Below, in pieces: positions 11,401 to 19,935 of a stretch of DNA of 64,000 bases. A program made the translations under genes and the position numbers. How positions within the stretch are numbered: position 1 is the stretch's first letter; each line of letters begins with the position of its first letter. This DNA comes from an uncultured Acidobacteriota bacterium (GTDB taxonomy: Bacteria > Acidobacteriota > JAQAZP01): the NCBI GenBank assembly GCA_963836075.1, contig CAWIIB010000001.1, positions 1,568,001-1,632,000 of the forward strand, read 5' to 3'. The notes below the pieces were generated by a model that worked only from the letters and a program-made list of their open reading frames with translations, made no database searches and was not told the DNA's origin.

Positions 11401-11544
11401 CCGGCCCTGGCTCCCCTGGTGGGTGAGAACCTGTTCCGGCTGGTGGCCGCGGATGTGACACCGGCGCCCTACAACCAGCCGCCCTATCCGCCGGCAGGGG
11501 ACACCGACACGGACACGGAGACGGTTACCGGTCTTGCGCCGTGA
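8404..11544 (+). CDS. Secreted double beta-propeller protein (14 TxDGG(Y/F)IxAGxTxSFGAG repeats) with C-terminal module A
   Basis: GGAGG at 8391-8395 favours ATG 8404. Signal peptide, 2x7 repeats separated by a Cys/Pro/Thr-rich linker, and the shared CTD. The repeat type differs from the two upstream genes. Confidence 0.9.
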   Translation: MWNTIRLSLFASGLLFFLAFFSPAGWGAEDLWSDVVSGVVTPSLTAGEAGLTVLDVTEEQRRSALSRGAGDQYFLSMAGWDDGSEYGYAVEPTSDGGFIAAGRTNSLGGGFYDVLLVKYDSSGALEWARAAGGASTEAANDVIETADGGYLVAGITVSFGAGGQDVLMLKFDSSGTLQWSRTAGGTGHDSGLSMDRTLDDCFIIAGYTGSFGAGDDDVLLLKYDDAGTLLWARTYGGADEDKGNAVCTVNDGGYIIAGETNSFGVVESDALVLKLDSAGTLAWAYTAGGSPWSERAFGVCQTTENLVIVTGYANSFGAGDLDIFTMVFDIYGVSGPMRTVGGPESERGYSVRPTIDGGFVVAGYTENYGAGEDDWLVLKFDKFDSMEWARTVGGDGFDFLHDIAPQEDGGYLMAGYSTSFGALGWDLLVARTDARGMIHGCPHIALCNPEVNNYLPTILSPAVTVGTPALTTGSPSVTVVAQVPDKTGICSFTYPYPEYAMLATGGALNDTSVSVRDTPDGGLLVAGATNGYGVGGFDILLIKYDSSGLLQWARTAGGVDDEMAWDMELTSDGGCIVSGYTYSYGVGNGYRDALIVRFDHAGNLLWARTAGGTYWEDAYDVCETSDGGFIVTGETGSVGPGYDHDVMLLKYDSGGTLEWARTAGGDKDDEGKSVCETPFGEYVVTGFSQSFNTSNDFDIILFRFTGSGSLVWTRVVGGDSWDWGNSVQMTDDYDIVIAGYSSGYGEGGSALLVKFSMLGNMYWARAAGGASFEEAHAMDMTSDGGFVVTGRTSSFGPGTPDAINLFLWKFGYGGTLEWARAAGGDGEENGLSVKETADGGFAASGFTLNSYGAGQYDAFLLRTDASGLIDNCPNLVPCSPVVDVVDPAVQEPSLSEQIPSFTYTSPNLYTGSASPNNEAVCPVDSTVAAEMTCTPPAGVLPFVSQMRVELTNQYTGLTRRVAGRINVTLASGKYYPNWRAGSTNVQPGSTYVTSWNQPIPALAPLVGENLFRLVAADVTPAPYNQPPYPPAGDTDTDTETVTGLAP
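11176..11544 (+). repeat. C-terminal module A, copy 3
   Basis: Near-identical in DNA to copy 2. Confidence 0.92.
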
Positions 11545-11553
11545 TGAGGTGAA

Positions 11554-13239
11554 CTACTGGATGTAGCCGAGGTTGCGCAGCTTTTCCATCTCCCGCTCCC
11601 GGTTGGGGTCCGGGGCATACTGTCTGGAGACGGTGCGCAGCAGCGTGGTGCGGTCGGTGCCCGAGTATTCCGGGATCATGCGGATAGGCTGTCGCTGGAG
11701 GCGCTCGGGAGTGACCGCCTCCTCCAGCACACCGCCCTGGGCCGGGGCCAGGGCCATCATCCTCCCGTCCTGGGGCAGGCCCAGCAGGTAGAGCAGGGTG
11801 GGCGCCACCTGGTAAAGGGTGGCCGGTTCGGTGAGTGTTGCCGGCTGGATGTCCTGGCCGTGGAGGATCACCACGCCCTCCAGCCGGTGGGCCCCGGAGA
11901 TGTCGCTGTGGCGCATCCGCACCTGGACGAAATCGTATCCCTCCTGCCCTTCCCACGCCTTGTCGGTAAACAGCGCCTCGGGTGAGAAGCGCACGGTGGC
12001 TGCGGGATCACCGGACTGCCAGCCGGGATCGGTGGTGTGGTTCACGACCATCTCGAACAGTGGCTGGTTCTCATCGGTGTGCAGGGTTCTCAAACGGTGA
12101 CAGATCTCTTCGGCCTGCTCCAACCCTGCCTGGTCAAGCCAGACCCGCTTGTCGTGACGATACATCTCGTCGATGGCATAGACCTCTCCCCCGCCGCCCT
12201 CCTTCATCAGCCCCAGCTCCTGCAGCAGCAGTTCCAGCCGGAAATGGTAGGCCTCGCCGGGCTGGATCGGGCCGCCGCCATGGTCGGAGACGATGACCAG
12301 GGTAACGTTTTCCGGCGCCAGTTCACGGATCTCACCGAGGAAGTGGTCCATCAGCCGGTAGTAGGCACTGATCACATTGGCCCGTGAGACATCCGGAGAG
12401 CCGTCCTGGGGGAACTGCTGGGAAGCCGGGTCCATGTGCCGCCAGGTGATGTGCTGGGCCACGTCGGTGCCGGAGAAGTAGACGGCCACAAACGGTGTTT
12501 GTTCCCCTTGGGCCACCACGCGCAGGGCGGCCATGCTGCGGGCATCGTTGACCAGCGTGTCCCGGAGAAACTTGCTCCGGGCGATCTCCTGGGCCAGTGG
12601 GCCGGGCATGCGCACCACGGCCTGGTCTTGCAGTGTGTCGGCGAACCGTTCGGGGTGCACCTGTCCCGGCTGGGGCGATTCAGGGTCGAAGCCCTTGGAG
12701 ATGTAGTAGCCGTCGATGGCCTCGGCGGGAAAGGAGCCGAACCAGTTGATCACCGTCGACCTGAGCCCGGCGGTCCCGGCCAGTTCCCAGACCGCCGGTG
12801 ACCGGCGGTCCGGCGGGCCGCTCTCCACCACGTCGTAACTGCCCGGCAGCTTGACCAGGAAGTTGAGCACCCCGTGCTGGAAGCGCGGCATGCCGGTGGC
12901 GATGGTGGCCCAGAGCGCGGGGGAGATGGTCGGCTCTTCGGAGAGCAGCGTTCCGCTGGTCCCTTCGCTGGACAACTCCGCGAAGTTGGGCAACTCTCCC
13001 CGGTCGATCATCGGCTGCAGCAGGTCCCAGGTGATGCCGTCGATGCCCACCAGCCACACCGGCCCCGAGGCGGCAGAAGACCGGACCGGACCGCCCGGCT
13101 GCAGGGGGTAGGTCATTCCGGGGAAATCAGCCAGCGTCTTCTCCGCCGGAAAGACCGGCATCTGAAAATCGTCCTCGGGCGCGGAACACCCGGCCATGGC
13201 CAGGGTGAGGATCAGGGCGATGAAGCGATGAATACGGAT
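11554..13239 (-). CDS. Alkaline-phosphatase-superfamily (nucleotide pyrophosphatase/phosphodiesterase-like) lipoprotein
   Basis: Motifs GIDGITW, PTISPALWATIATG, VIVSDHG, GAHRLEG and a C-terminal LRNLGY. Lipobox LAMAG-C. Start extended from ATG 13197 to ATC 13239, which follows AAGGAG (see findings). Confidence 0.8.
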   Translation of the reverse strand: MRIHRFIALILTLAMAGCSAPEDDFQMPVFPAEKTLADFPGMTYPLQPGGPVRSSAASGPVWLVGIDGITWDLLQPMIDRGELPNFAELSSEGTSGTLLSEEPTISPALWATIATGMPRFQHGVLNFLVKLPGSYDVVESGPPDRRSPAVWELAGTAGLRSTVINWFGSFPAEAIDGYYISKGFDPESPQPGQVHPERFADTLQDQAVVRMPGPLAQEIARSKFLRDTLVNDARSMAALRVVAQGEQTPFVAVYFSGTDVAQHITWRHMDPASQQFPQDGSPDVSRANVISAYYRLMDHFLGEIRELAPENVTLVIVSDHGGGPIQPGEAYHFRLELLLQELGLMKEGGGGEVYAIDEMYRHDKRVWLDQAGLEQAEEICHRLRTLHTDENQPLFEMVVNHTTDPGWQSGDPAATVRFSPEALFTDKAWEGQEGYDFVQVRMRHSDISGAHRLEGVVILHGQDIQPATLTEPATLYQVAPTLLYLLGLPQDGRMMALAPAQGGVLEEAVTPERLQRQPIRMIPEYSGTDRTTLLRTVSRQYAPDPNREREMEKLRNLGYIQ

Positions 13240-13403
13240 GACGGTCTCCTTTTACCGGATGTGTTGACGACGGTTGCTCAAGCCTAGTGGAAAGGCCCGG
13301 CACGATCAAGAAGCCTGGTACATTTCTTTTACAAACCAAGAACAACTTTTTCATGGCCCCCAATGGCTGAGGTGCTAGGATCGATTCAGCCAAAAGGAGG
13401 CTC

Positions 13404-14498
13404 ATGATGATTCCGAAACTCACCATCGGCAGTATCACGGCGGATCTACCCATCGTCCAGGGCGGCATGGGGGTGCGGGTATCGCTGGCCTCCCTGGCTT
13501 CGGCCGTGGCCAACGAGGGCGGCATCGGCACCATATCCAGCATTGGGCTGGGTGACATCGAGGCCTCCAAGGACAAATACGAGCAAACGTCCCGCGAGGC
13601 GTTGGTCACCGAGATACGGAAGGCAAAAGGCATGACCGACGGCCACCTGGCCGTCAATATCATGGGTGTGCTCTCCAACGCCGATGACCTGATTACCGCT
13701 TCGGTGAAGGAAGGGATCAATATCATCGTCTACGGCGCCGGCCTGCCCACAAAAACTCCCGCCCTTGTGGATGGTTACGATGTGAACCTGGTGCCGATCA
13801 TCAGCTCGGTGAGGATCGCCGAGTTCATTCTCCGGTCCTGGGACAAACGGTTCAGCCGGATCCCCGAGGCGTTTATCCTGGAAGGGCCCCTGGCCGGCGG
13901 GCATCTCGGTTTCTCAAACGAACAACTGGAAAATCTGGACGACTTCTCTCTCGAACTCCTGCTGCCTGCGGTGCTGGAAGCGATCAAGCCGTACGAGGAT
14001 AAATACGGCCGGAAGATCCCCATCATCCCGGCCGGGGGCATCTATACCGGCGGTGACATCGCCCGGATGCTGAGTCTGGGCGCCTCGGGCGTGCAGATGG
14101 GCACCCGGTTCGTGGTGACCGAGGATTGCGGTGTATCGCAGGAGTTCAAGCAGGCCTATATCGATGCCACGGAAGAGGACATCGTGATCATCAAGAGCCC
14201 GGTGGGCATGCCGGGCCGGGCCATCCGCAACCCGTTCCTCAAGCATCTGGAAGGGGATGGAAGACACCGGATCCGCTGCCACTACCGCTGTCTCACCGCC
14301 TGCAAGGTGGACAAGGCCAGATACTGCATCGCCGACGCCCTGGTGAAGTCTTACTTCGGCGACGTGGACAACGGCCTGATCTTCTGCGGGCAGAACGCCC
14401 ACCGGGTGGACAGGATAACCACGGTCAAGGAACTGTTCCACGAACTGGTCACCGAATTGACCGCCGAACTGGAAGCAGAGCTGTCGGCCACTGGCTGA
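13404..14498 (+). CDS. Nitronate monooxygenase / 2-nitropropane dioxygenase (FabK-like) FMN-dependent oxidoreductase
   Basis: Motifs PIVQGGMG, EGPLAGGH, AGGI and GASGVQMGTRF. AGGAGG RBS. Confidence 0.9.
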   Translation: MMIPKLTIGSITADLPIVQGGMGVRVSLASLASAVANEGGIGTISSIGLGDIEASKDKYEQTSREALVTEIRKAKGMTDGHLAVNIMGVLSNADDLITASVKEGINIIVYGAGLPTKTPALVDGYDVNLVPIISSVRIAEFILRSWDKRFSRIPEAFILEGPLAGGHLGFSNEQLENLDDFSLELLLPAVLEAIKPYEDKYGRKIPIIPAGGIYTGGDIARMLSLGASGVQMGTRFVVTEDCGVSQEFKQAYIDATEEDIVIIKSPVGMPGRAIRNPFLKHLEGDGRHRIRCHYRCLTACKVDKARYCIADALVKSYFGDVDNGLIFCGQNAHRVDRITTVKELFHELVTELTAELEAELSATG

Positions 14499-15520
14499 TC
14501 AGTAGACACCACCGGCCGCTGTCCCGCCCATCATCAACTGCAGGTCCTGGTAAGCGTCGAAGTCACAGCCGTCAAGCAGGCTCACTTCGCCGCCGTCCAC
14601 GTTCCAGACACAGACCCGGGCGCCCCGGGCGGCGTCCGGTCCGGGGATGGTGATGATTTCCTCCCGGCCGTCAAAGTCGAGGTCGGCAGTGGCCACCGAC
14701 ACACCGAACATTCCCTCCGGATAGGCGAAGAAGTTCACCGACTCCATCGGCGTCACCTGCGACCCGTCCCAGTTCCAGGCCCGCACCTGGGGGCCGAACA
14801 TCGCCCCGGGGCCCGGGCCGGTGATAATCGATTCCACCTCGTTGCCGCTCAGGTCGCCACAGGCCACGTTGACCCCGTACCTGTTTGTCCCGTAAGCCAT
14901 GAAGGAAAGCCCGGTCAGCGCTGCCACCTGGCCGGCCTCCGAATTGTAGGACCAGCCGCGCACATGGGGGCCGAACACCGCCCCCGGCCCCGCGCCGGTG
15001 ACGATCTCGTCCTGCAGGTCGCCGTTCAGGTCGCCGCAGGCCACGTTGACCCCATACTTGTTCGTCCCGTAGGCAAAAAAGCTCAGTCCGGGGAAGGGAA
15101 CCACCCCGCCAACCCTGTCGTATCGCCAGCCCCGCACGTGGGGGCCGAACACCGCCCCCGGCCCCGCGCCGGTGACGATGTCGTCATAGCTGTCGTACAC
15201 GCTGAAATCGAGGTTGCCGGCGGCCACGTTCACCCCGTACTTGTTCGTGCCGTAAGCCAGAAAGCTCAGCCCGGGCAGCGGGTCGCCCAGCGGTGTGAAC
15301 CCGCGGACGTGGGGACCGAAGACCGCGCCGGGCCCGGGACCGGTGATGATGATCGCCGTCTCACCGCCAAACAGGTCGCCCGCGGCCACGTTCACCCCGT
15401 ACGCCGCAACCCCGTAAGACATCCACTGGCGGACCGGCTGAGCGGGGGCGGCAGTGTCGTGCAGCCGGACCAGCGGCGGATTGACCACTGCCGGGCCTGG
15501 TCCGGTGACTACCACCGCTG
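14499..15520 (-). repeat. C-terminal module B (six GPGPGAVFGPHVRG FG-GAP-like repeats), copy 1
   Basis: Aligns repeat by repeat with ~27196-28200 and ~34212-35222. Confidence 0.88.
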
Positions 15521-16862
15521 TGGGGCCGCGGTCAAGGTAGGCGGTGAGGAACTCGTTCCAACCTGTATCGGTGCAGAAGTCCAGCGACGAGGTGGTGTAA
15601 CTGTCATCGTAGTAGCGGCTGTCCCCGGGAAAGTAGAGGGTCAGCCCGCCGGCCCCGGGCTGTCCGGTGCCGTGGCACTCCGCGATCACCGCCCGGTCCA
15701 TCGCCTCACCCAGGCCTCCCAGATCCTGGAGCAGCACCGGGTCGCTCTCCAGCGCGGCCAGCCGCCGGGTAAAATCGAGCAGGTCCACGTCCACCATCTG
15801 GTACCGCCCGCCCCAGCTGTCGGTGAGGAAGTGCCTCGACATCCCCCGGGCCACCGAGAGACGCTCACCGCAACTGTCCAGCCGTTCCACCAGGTGCCCG
15901 GCCAGGCTGTCCAGTCCGACGGCCACGTCACCCAGCTCGCCGGCCCGGACGGCACTCATGGTCCTGTAGCTCATGAACCAGGGATCGATTTCGTTGGCCT
16001 CCACCAGAGAGACGATAGTGGCGGCGATCTCGTCCACCGGAGGCTGAGGCGTTGTGTTGAGCAAGTGGCACATTTCGTCGATCATGCCCCGCCAGTGGAT
16101 GTAGCCGCTGACGTCCTCACTGCCGATATAGACCTCCACCCAGTCCCGCAGTTCATAAGCCGCTTCAAAGGAGCCCATGTTGCAGGGGGCGGTGAAGGCG
16201 ATGATGTCCACGCCGCCGGCCTCCTCGAAGGCCTGCTGGAACTCATCCATGGTCAGCCAGTCGAACCCGCTGCTGGTGTCGAGGCAGGCGCCGCTCCAGC
16301 TCATGCCGTGATCATAGACACCGAGAAAGTAACGATTGGCGGGGTAGTTGGTTTTGCCCCAGGCAATGAAATCCCGCAGGGTGGCAGAGTCACCCATGTT
16401 CGGCTCGCCCCAGTCCTCCAGCAGGGTCAGGCTGTGGTCGGCCTCCACGCGCCAGAGGGTGGCCGGGCCGGTTTCCAGGTCCTGCAGCACCACCACGTCG
16501 AGATGGTCGCCGGAGAATGCCTCGGCGGCGAAGTCTGCCAGTGGGGCGTAGGCGTCGGTAAAATCCGCGTCAGCATAAAAGAGGTAGGTCCAGGTCTCGC
16601 CGCCGCCGGCGGTGGCAGCGCCACTCCCCTTTGCCTCTTCCCTGCGGACTGGTGGACGGGCGGACCGGTCACCGTCGTCGCCCGAGTGATGGTCCAGCTG
16701 GCTGAAGATCCCGTCCCGTTGGGGGATCAATCCAACAACTTGTGACGGAATCTCGGTTCCCGCTGCAACAGTGGCAACCATACCGGCGAACAACATGGCA
16801 GCGATCGCCCACCTCAGCATCATGGCCGGACAATCTTCCCTCAGCGGAGATATTTTCATCAC
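14499..16862 (-). CDS. Secreted clostripain-family (C11) cysteine peptidase with C-terminal module B
   Basis: Signal peptide, WTYLFY, NMGDSATLRDFI, YPANRYFLGVYDHG (catalytic His) and FTAPCNMGSFEAAYEL (catalytic Cys), followed by six GPGP repeats. Start uncertain (16862 or 16823). Confidence 0.85.
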   Translation of the reverse strand: MMKISPLREDCPAMMLRWAIAAMLFAGMVATVAAGTEIPSQVVGLIPQRDGIFSQLDHHSGDDGDRSARPPVRREEAKGSGAATAGGGETWTYLFYADADFTDAYAPLADFAAEAFSGDHLDVVVLQDLETGPATLWRVEADHSLTLLEDWGEPNMGDSATLRDFIAWGKTNYPANRYFLGVYDHGMSWSGACLDTSSGFDWLTMDEFQQAFEEAGGVDIIAFTAPCNMGSFEAAYELRDWVEVYIGSEDVSGYIHWRGMIDEMCHLLNTTPQPPVDEIAATIVSLVEANEIDPWFMSYRTMSAVRAGELGDVAVGLDSLAGHLVERLDSCGERLSVARGMSRHFLTDSWGGRYQMVDVDLLDFTRRLAALESDPVLLQDLGGLGEAMDRAVIAECHGTGQPGAGGLTLYFPGDSRYYDDSYTTSSLDFCTDTGWNEFLTAYLDRGPTAVVVTGPGPAVVNPPLVRLHDTAAPAQPVRQWMSYGVAAYGVNVAAGDLFGGETAIIITGPGPGAVFGPHVRGFTPLGDPLPGLSFLAYGTNKYGVNVAAGNLDFSVYDSYDDIVTGAGPGAVFGPHVRGWRYDRVGGVVPFPGLSFFAYGTNKYGVNVACGDLNGDLQDEIVTGAGPGAVFGPHVRGWSYNSEAGQVAALTGLSFMAYGTNRYGVNVACGDLSGNEVESIITGPGPGAMFGPQVRAWNWDGSQVTPMESVNFFAYPEGMFGVSVATADLDFDGREEIITIPGPDAARGARVCVWNVDGGEVSLLDGCDFDAYQDLQLMMGGTAAGGVY

Positions 16863-16894
16863 GCGCGTCCTTCATCGGGTGTGAGTAAGGCGAA

Positions 16895-16921
16895 ATACAC
16901 TGGTGACTGTCACCGGTGTAT
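16895..16921. promoter_or_regulatory. 27-bp imperfect palindrome (operator or hairpin) between the peptide gene and the clostripain gene
   Basis: ATACACTGGTGAC-T-GTCACCGGTGTAT, 12 of 13 arm positions complementary. Confidence 0.5.
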
Positions 16922-16988
16922 CGGTGCATGGAATTATACAACCGGCAGGGATGGAAAAGGTGACCGTCGCCTGGATTCCGGCGGCCCG

Positions 16989-17258
16989 TCAGGAACTGCT
17001 GAACGTCACCCAGTTGGCGCACAAACCGGAGTAGGCATAGGACTGGGTGGTGCCACCGGGTCCGTAACCAACGCCAACAGACCCGCTCACCGATTCGCTG
17101 CCGCCGAATCCACTTCCCAGATGGCCGGTGAATGTATCATAGGGCGAAGCGAAGTGCCAGGAGCCGGGCGGCGGGTCGGGGTTCTTGGCGCAGGCCAGCG
17201 CATCAGTTTCAAATGATTTTTCGGACTGGATGTCAGGCTTGAGGTAGGTCCTTCTCAT
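16989..17258 (-). CDS. 89-aa RiPP-precursor-like peptide
   Basis: GGAGG 7 nt before ATG 17258. Leader MRRTYLKPDIQSEKSFETDALA followed by a Gly/Ser/aromatic-rich region bracketed by two Cys. Confidence 0.7.
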   Translation of the reverse strand: MRRTYLKPDIQSEKSFETDALACAKNPDPPPGSWHFASPYDTFTGHLGSGFGGSESVSGSVGVGYGPGGTTQSYAYSGLCANWVTFSSS

Positions 17259-17577
17259 CAACTGTCCTCCCTGGTGGTGGTAAGGAATCAGCAAGGATAT
17301 TGTCCATGAATACCACAATCGAGGTAAAAACCATGAACAATTCTTCTAACTGCATGTGAAATGTAATCAATTGCCCGGCCGACATCGGTGTCCGCAGCCG
17401 GGACGGGATCATCTGATCTGATCCCCTGCTGAAATACCTTGTCCTTCGGGACGGAAAACCCTATTAATATAGTAAAACCGCACAGGCCAGGTGAGCGCCA
17501 ATCCGGTTCCGTGAGCCGTAGTCCATGCCGAGGACCGGGCACCGCAAGCCGGTTTCCAGCACGCAAGGGGGACGCAG

Positions 17578-18300
17578 ATGAAGCAGACAAAAACCGAGGG
17601 AATCGAAAAGCTCGTCGAACACCAGCTCGGGCTGTGGCAAACCAGGCGGAAGATCAGCGACGAGCGCATCCGCCGGGAAGCGGACCCCGGGCGCACGCTC
17701 AGTTTCATCACTCTCTCCCGGGACGCCGGCAACGGCGGGGTGGCGGTGGCCCAGGGACTGGCCGAACGTCTGGGCTGGCGGGTCTTCGACAGCGAAATCG
17801 TGGAGTACATCGCCCAGCGGTCCAGCGTGCACCGGGACCTCATCGGCACGCTGGACGAGTCGACCCGGGATTTCGTCACCGACGCGGTGATGGCCCTGGT
17901 GAGCTCCGTGGAACACCGCGAGTACGGCTCGTCGGACTACCGCCAGTCGCTCTTCTCCACCATGGCCATCATCGCCCAGCACGGTGAGGCGGTGATCCTC
18001 GGCCGGGGCGGGAACATCGTCCTCGAGGGGTTCAAGGACAGCCTGCGGGTGCGGCTGATCGCGCCGCAGCCGGTGCGGGTGGCCCGGGTGGCCGAAGAAA
18101 TGTCCATCAGTGCACCAGACGCGGAGAAGCTTGTCCGCCAGACCGACCGAGACCGGAGGGCGTTCATCAAGAAGCAGTTTGGCCGCGATATCGACGATCC
18201 CTGCCTCTACGACCTGGTGATCAACACCGCCGGGATGACTTCCGGCGAAGTGGTTTCCATGATCTGGCAGGCGGCGAGGATCCGGAACCCCGGCATCTGA
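17578..18300 (+). CDS. Cytidylate kinase-like family protein
   Basis: Motifs ITLSRDAGNGG, LAERLGW, VILGRGG and YDLVINT. Confidence 0.88.
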   Translation: MKQTKTEGIEKLVEHQLGLWQTRRKISDERIRREADPGRTLSFITLSRDAGNGGVAVAQGLAERLGWRVFDSEIVEYIAQRSSVHRDLIGTLDESTRDFVTDAVMALVSSVEHREYGSSDYRQSLFSTMAIIAQHGEAVILGRGGNIVLEGFKDSLRVRLIAPQPVRVARVAEEMSISAPDAEKLVRQTDRDRRAFIKKQFGRDIDDPCLYDLVINTAGMTSGEVVSMIWQAARIRNPGI

Positions 18301-18317
18301 ACTCCGGGTTCCCAGTC

Positions 18318-18326
18318 TGATATAAT
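18318..18326 (+). promoter_or_regulatory. Extended -10 element (TGaTATAAT) directly before the Fe-S gene, probably a leaderless transcript
   Basis: TATAAT at 18321-18326, ATG at 18333, no Shine-Dalgarno in between. Confidence 0.55.
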
Positions 18327-18332
18327 TGAAGC

Positions 18333-19613
18333 ATGGCCCATCAAACTGCCAGATCGGCCTGGTCCCGTCTGTCCGACCGGCTGAACCGTCACCCCCAGGG
18401 CGCCCCGCCCACGGAACTGCTGTTCAAGATTCTCCAGATACTGCTCAGCGAACGTGAGGCGGACCTCGTCTCCCGACTCCCCATCCGCCCCTTCACCGCT
18501 GAAAAGGCCGGCCGCTGCTGGAAGCTGAACACGGCGGAGAGCCAAAAGGTACTGGACGAACTGGCCCGCCGGGCGATCCTGGTGGATTTCCAACAGAACG
18601 GCACCACCAGCTACGCTCTCCCTCCCCCCATGGCCGGGTTTTTCGAGTTCTCCATGATGCGGGTCAGGGACGACATCGACCAGAAAGCACTGAGCGAACT
18701 GTTTTACCAGTATCTCAACGTTGAGGAAGACTTCATCCTCGACCTGTTCACCAGGGGGGAGACGCAGCTGGGCCGGGCCTTTGTTCACGAACCGGCCCTG
18801 CCCGCGGACAACGGCCTTCACGTGCTCGACTACGAGCGGGCCTCGAAGGTGATCAGCGAGGCCTCCTTCCGGGCGGTGAGCACCTGCTACTGCCGGCACA
18901 AGATGCACCATCTGGGCCGGGCCTGTGACGCCCCGCTGGACATCTGCATGACCTTCAACAGCACCGCCGCCTCGCTGGCCCGGCACGGAAACGCCCGTGA
19001 AGTGGACAGTGCCGAGTGCCTCGACCTGCTGGCCCAGGCCCACGAGAGCAACCTGGTCCAGTTCGGGGAAAACGTGCGCCGCGAAGTGGCTTTTATCTGC
19101 AACTGCTGCGGCTGCTGTTGCGAGGCGATGATCGCCGCCCGGCGTTTCGCCATCCTGCAGCCGGTGCACACCACCAATTTCCTGCCGCTGCTGGGCAGCG
19201 GCGGCTGCGTGGGTTGCGGCAAGTGCGTCAGCGTCTGTCCGGTGGAGGCCATGACCCTGGTCTCGGCCAACGATCCCAACCGGCCGCGACGCAAGACCGT
19301 GCGCCTGGACGAAGGGCTGTGCCTCGGCTGCGGTCTCTGCGTCCGCTCCTGCTCGCGGGACAACATCACCCTCAAACAGCGGCCGGAACGGGTGATCACG
19401 CCGCTGGACGGCACGCACCGGGCGGTGGTGATGGCCATCGAGCGGGGCATCCTGCAGCACCTGGTGTTCGACAACCAGGTATTGCTGAGCCACCGGGCCC
19501 TGGCCGCCGTGCTGGGCGTGATCCTCAAACTCCCCCCGCTGAAGCAGGCCCTGGCCAGCCGCCAGCTCAAGTCACGCTACCTGGAACGGTTGATCAACGG
19601 GAAGGACAACTGA
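18333..19613 (+). CDS. 4Fe-4S dicluster domain protein
   Basis: CYCRH, CNCCGCCC and two ferredoxin motifs (CVGCGKCVSVCP and CLGCGLCVRSC). Confidence 0.88.
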   Translation: MAHQTARSAWSRLSDRLNRHPQGAPPTELLFKILQILLSEREADLVSRLPIRPFTAEKAGRCWKLNTAESQKVLDELARRAILVDFQQNGTTSYALPPPMAGFFEFSMMRVRDDIDQKALSELFYQYLNVEEDFILDLFTRGETQLGRAFVHEPALPADNGLHVLDYERASKVISEASFRAVSTCYCRHKMHHLGRACDAPLDICMTFNSTAASLARHGNAREVDSAECLDLLAQAHESNLVQFGENVRREVAFICNCCGCCCEAMIAARRFAILQPVHTTNFLPLLGSGGCVGCGKCVSVCPVEAMTLVSANDPNRPRRKTVRLDEGLCLGCGLCVRSCSRDNITLKQRPERVITPLDGTHRAVVMAIERGILQHLVFDNQVLLSHRALAAVLGVILKLPPLKQALASRQLKSRYLERLINGKDN

Positions 19614-19935
19614 GGGCCGCCGGGGGCGCCGCCTCACTGGGCGGAGGTGAGGTGCTTCATATAGCCGATGGTGATTTTCTCCGGGAACGGACACCGATGG
19701 ACCGGTCGTATGCCGCCCGCCGGTCGTCGACGGTCAGGGTGGCGTAAGCCTCGTCGATGCGTTTCAGCACCGCCTCGCGTTGTTTTCGCTAACGGCGGGT
19801 AGATATCCATCAATGAAAATGATAGACTTGAATGGTGACATATCATCCACTCCATAATGCTGTTTTCGAGAATCTTGTATTGTTCCCCTCACTTTGAACA
19901 CCCGCAGTGCGGGCAACGAATCAGGGAGAAAGCGA

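Noticed and set aside
7743-11495. Near-identical repeats as a DGR template/variable pair
   Set aside because: No reverse transcriptase in the window, both copies are coding, and the mismatches are mostly synonymous rather than adenine-directed.
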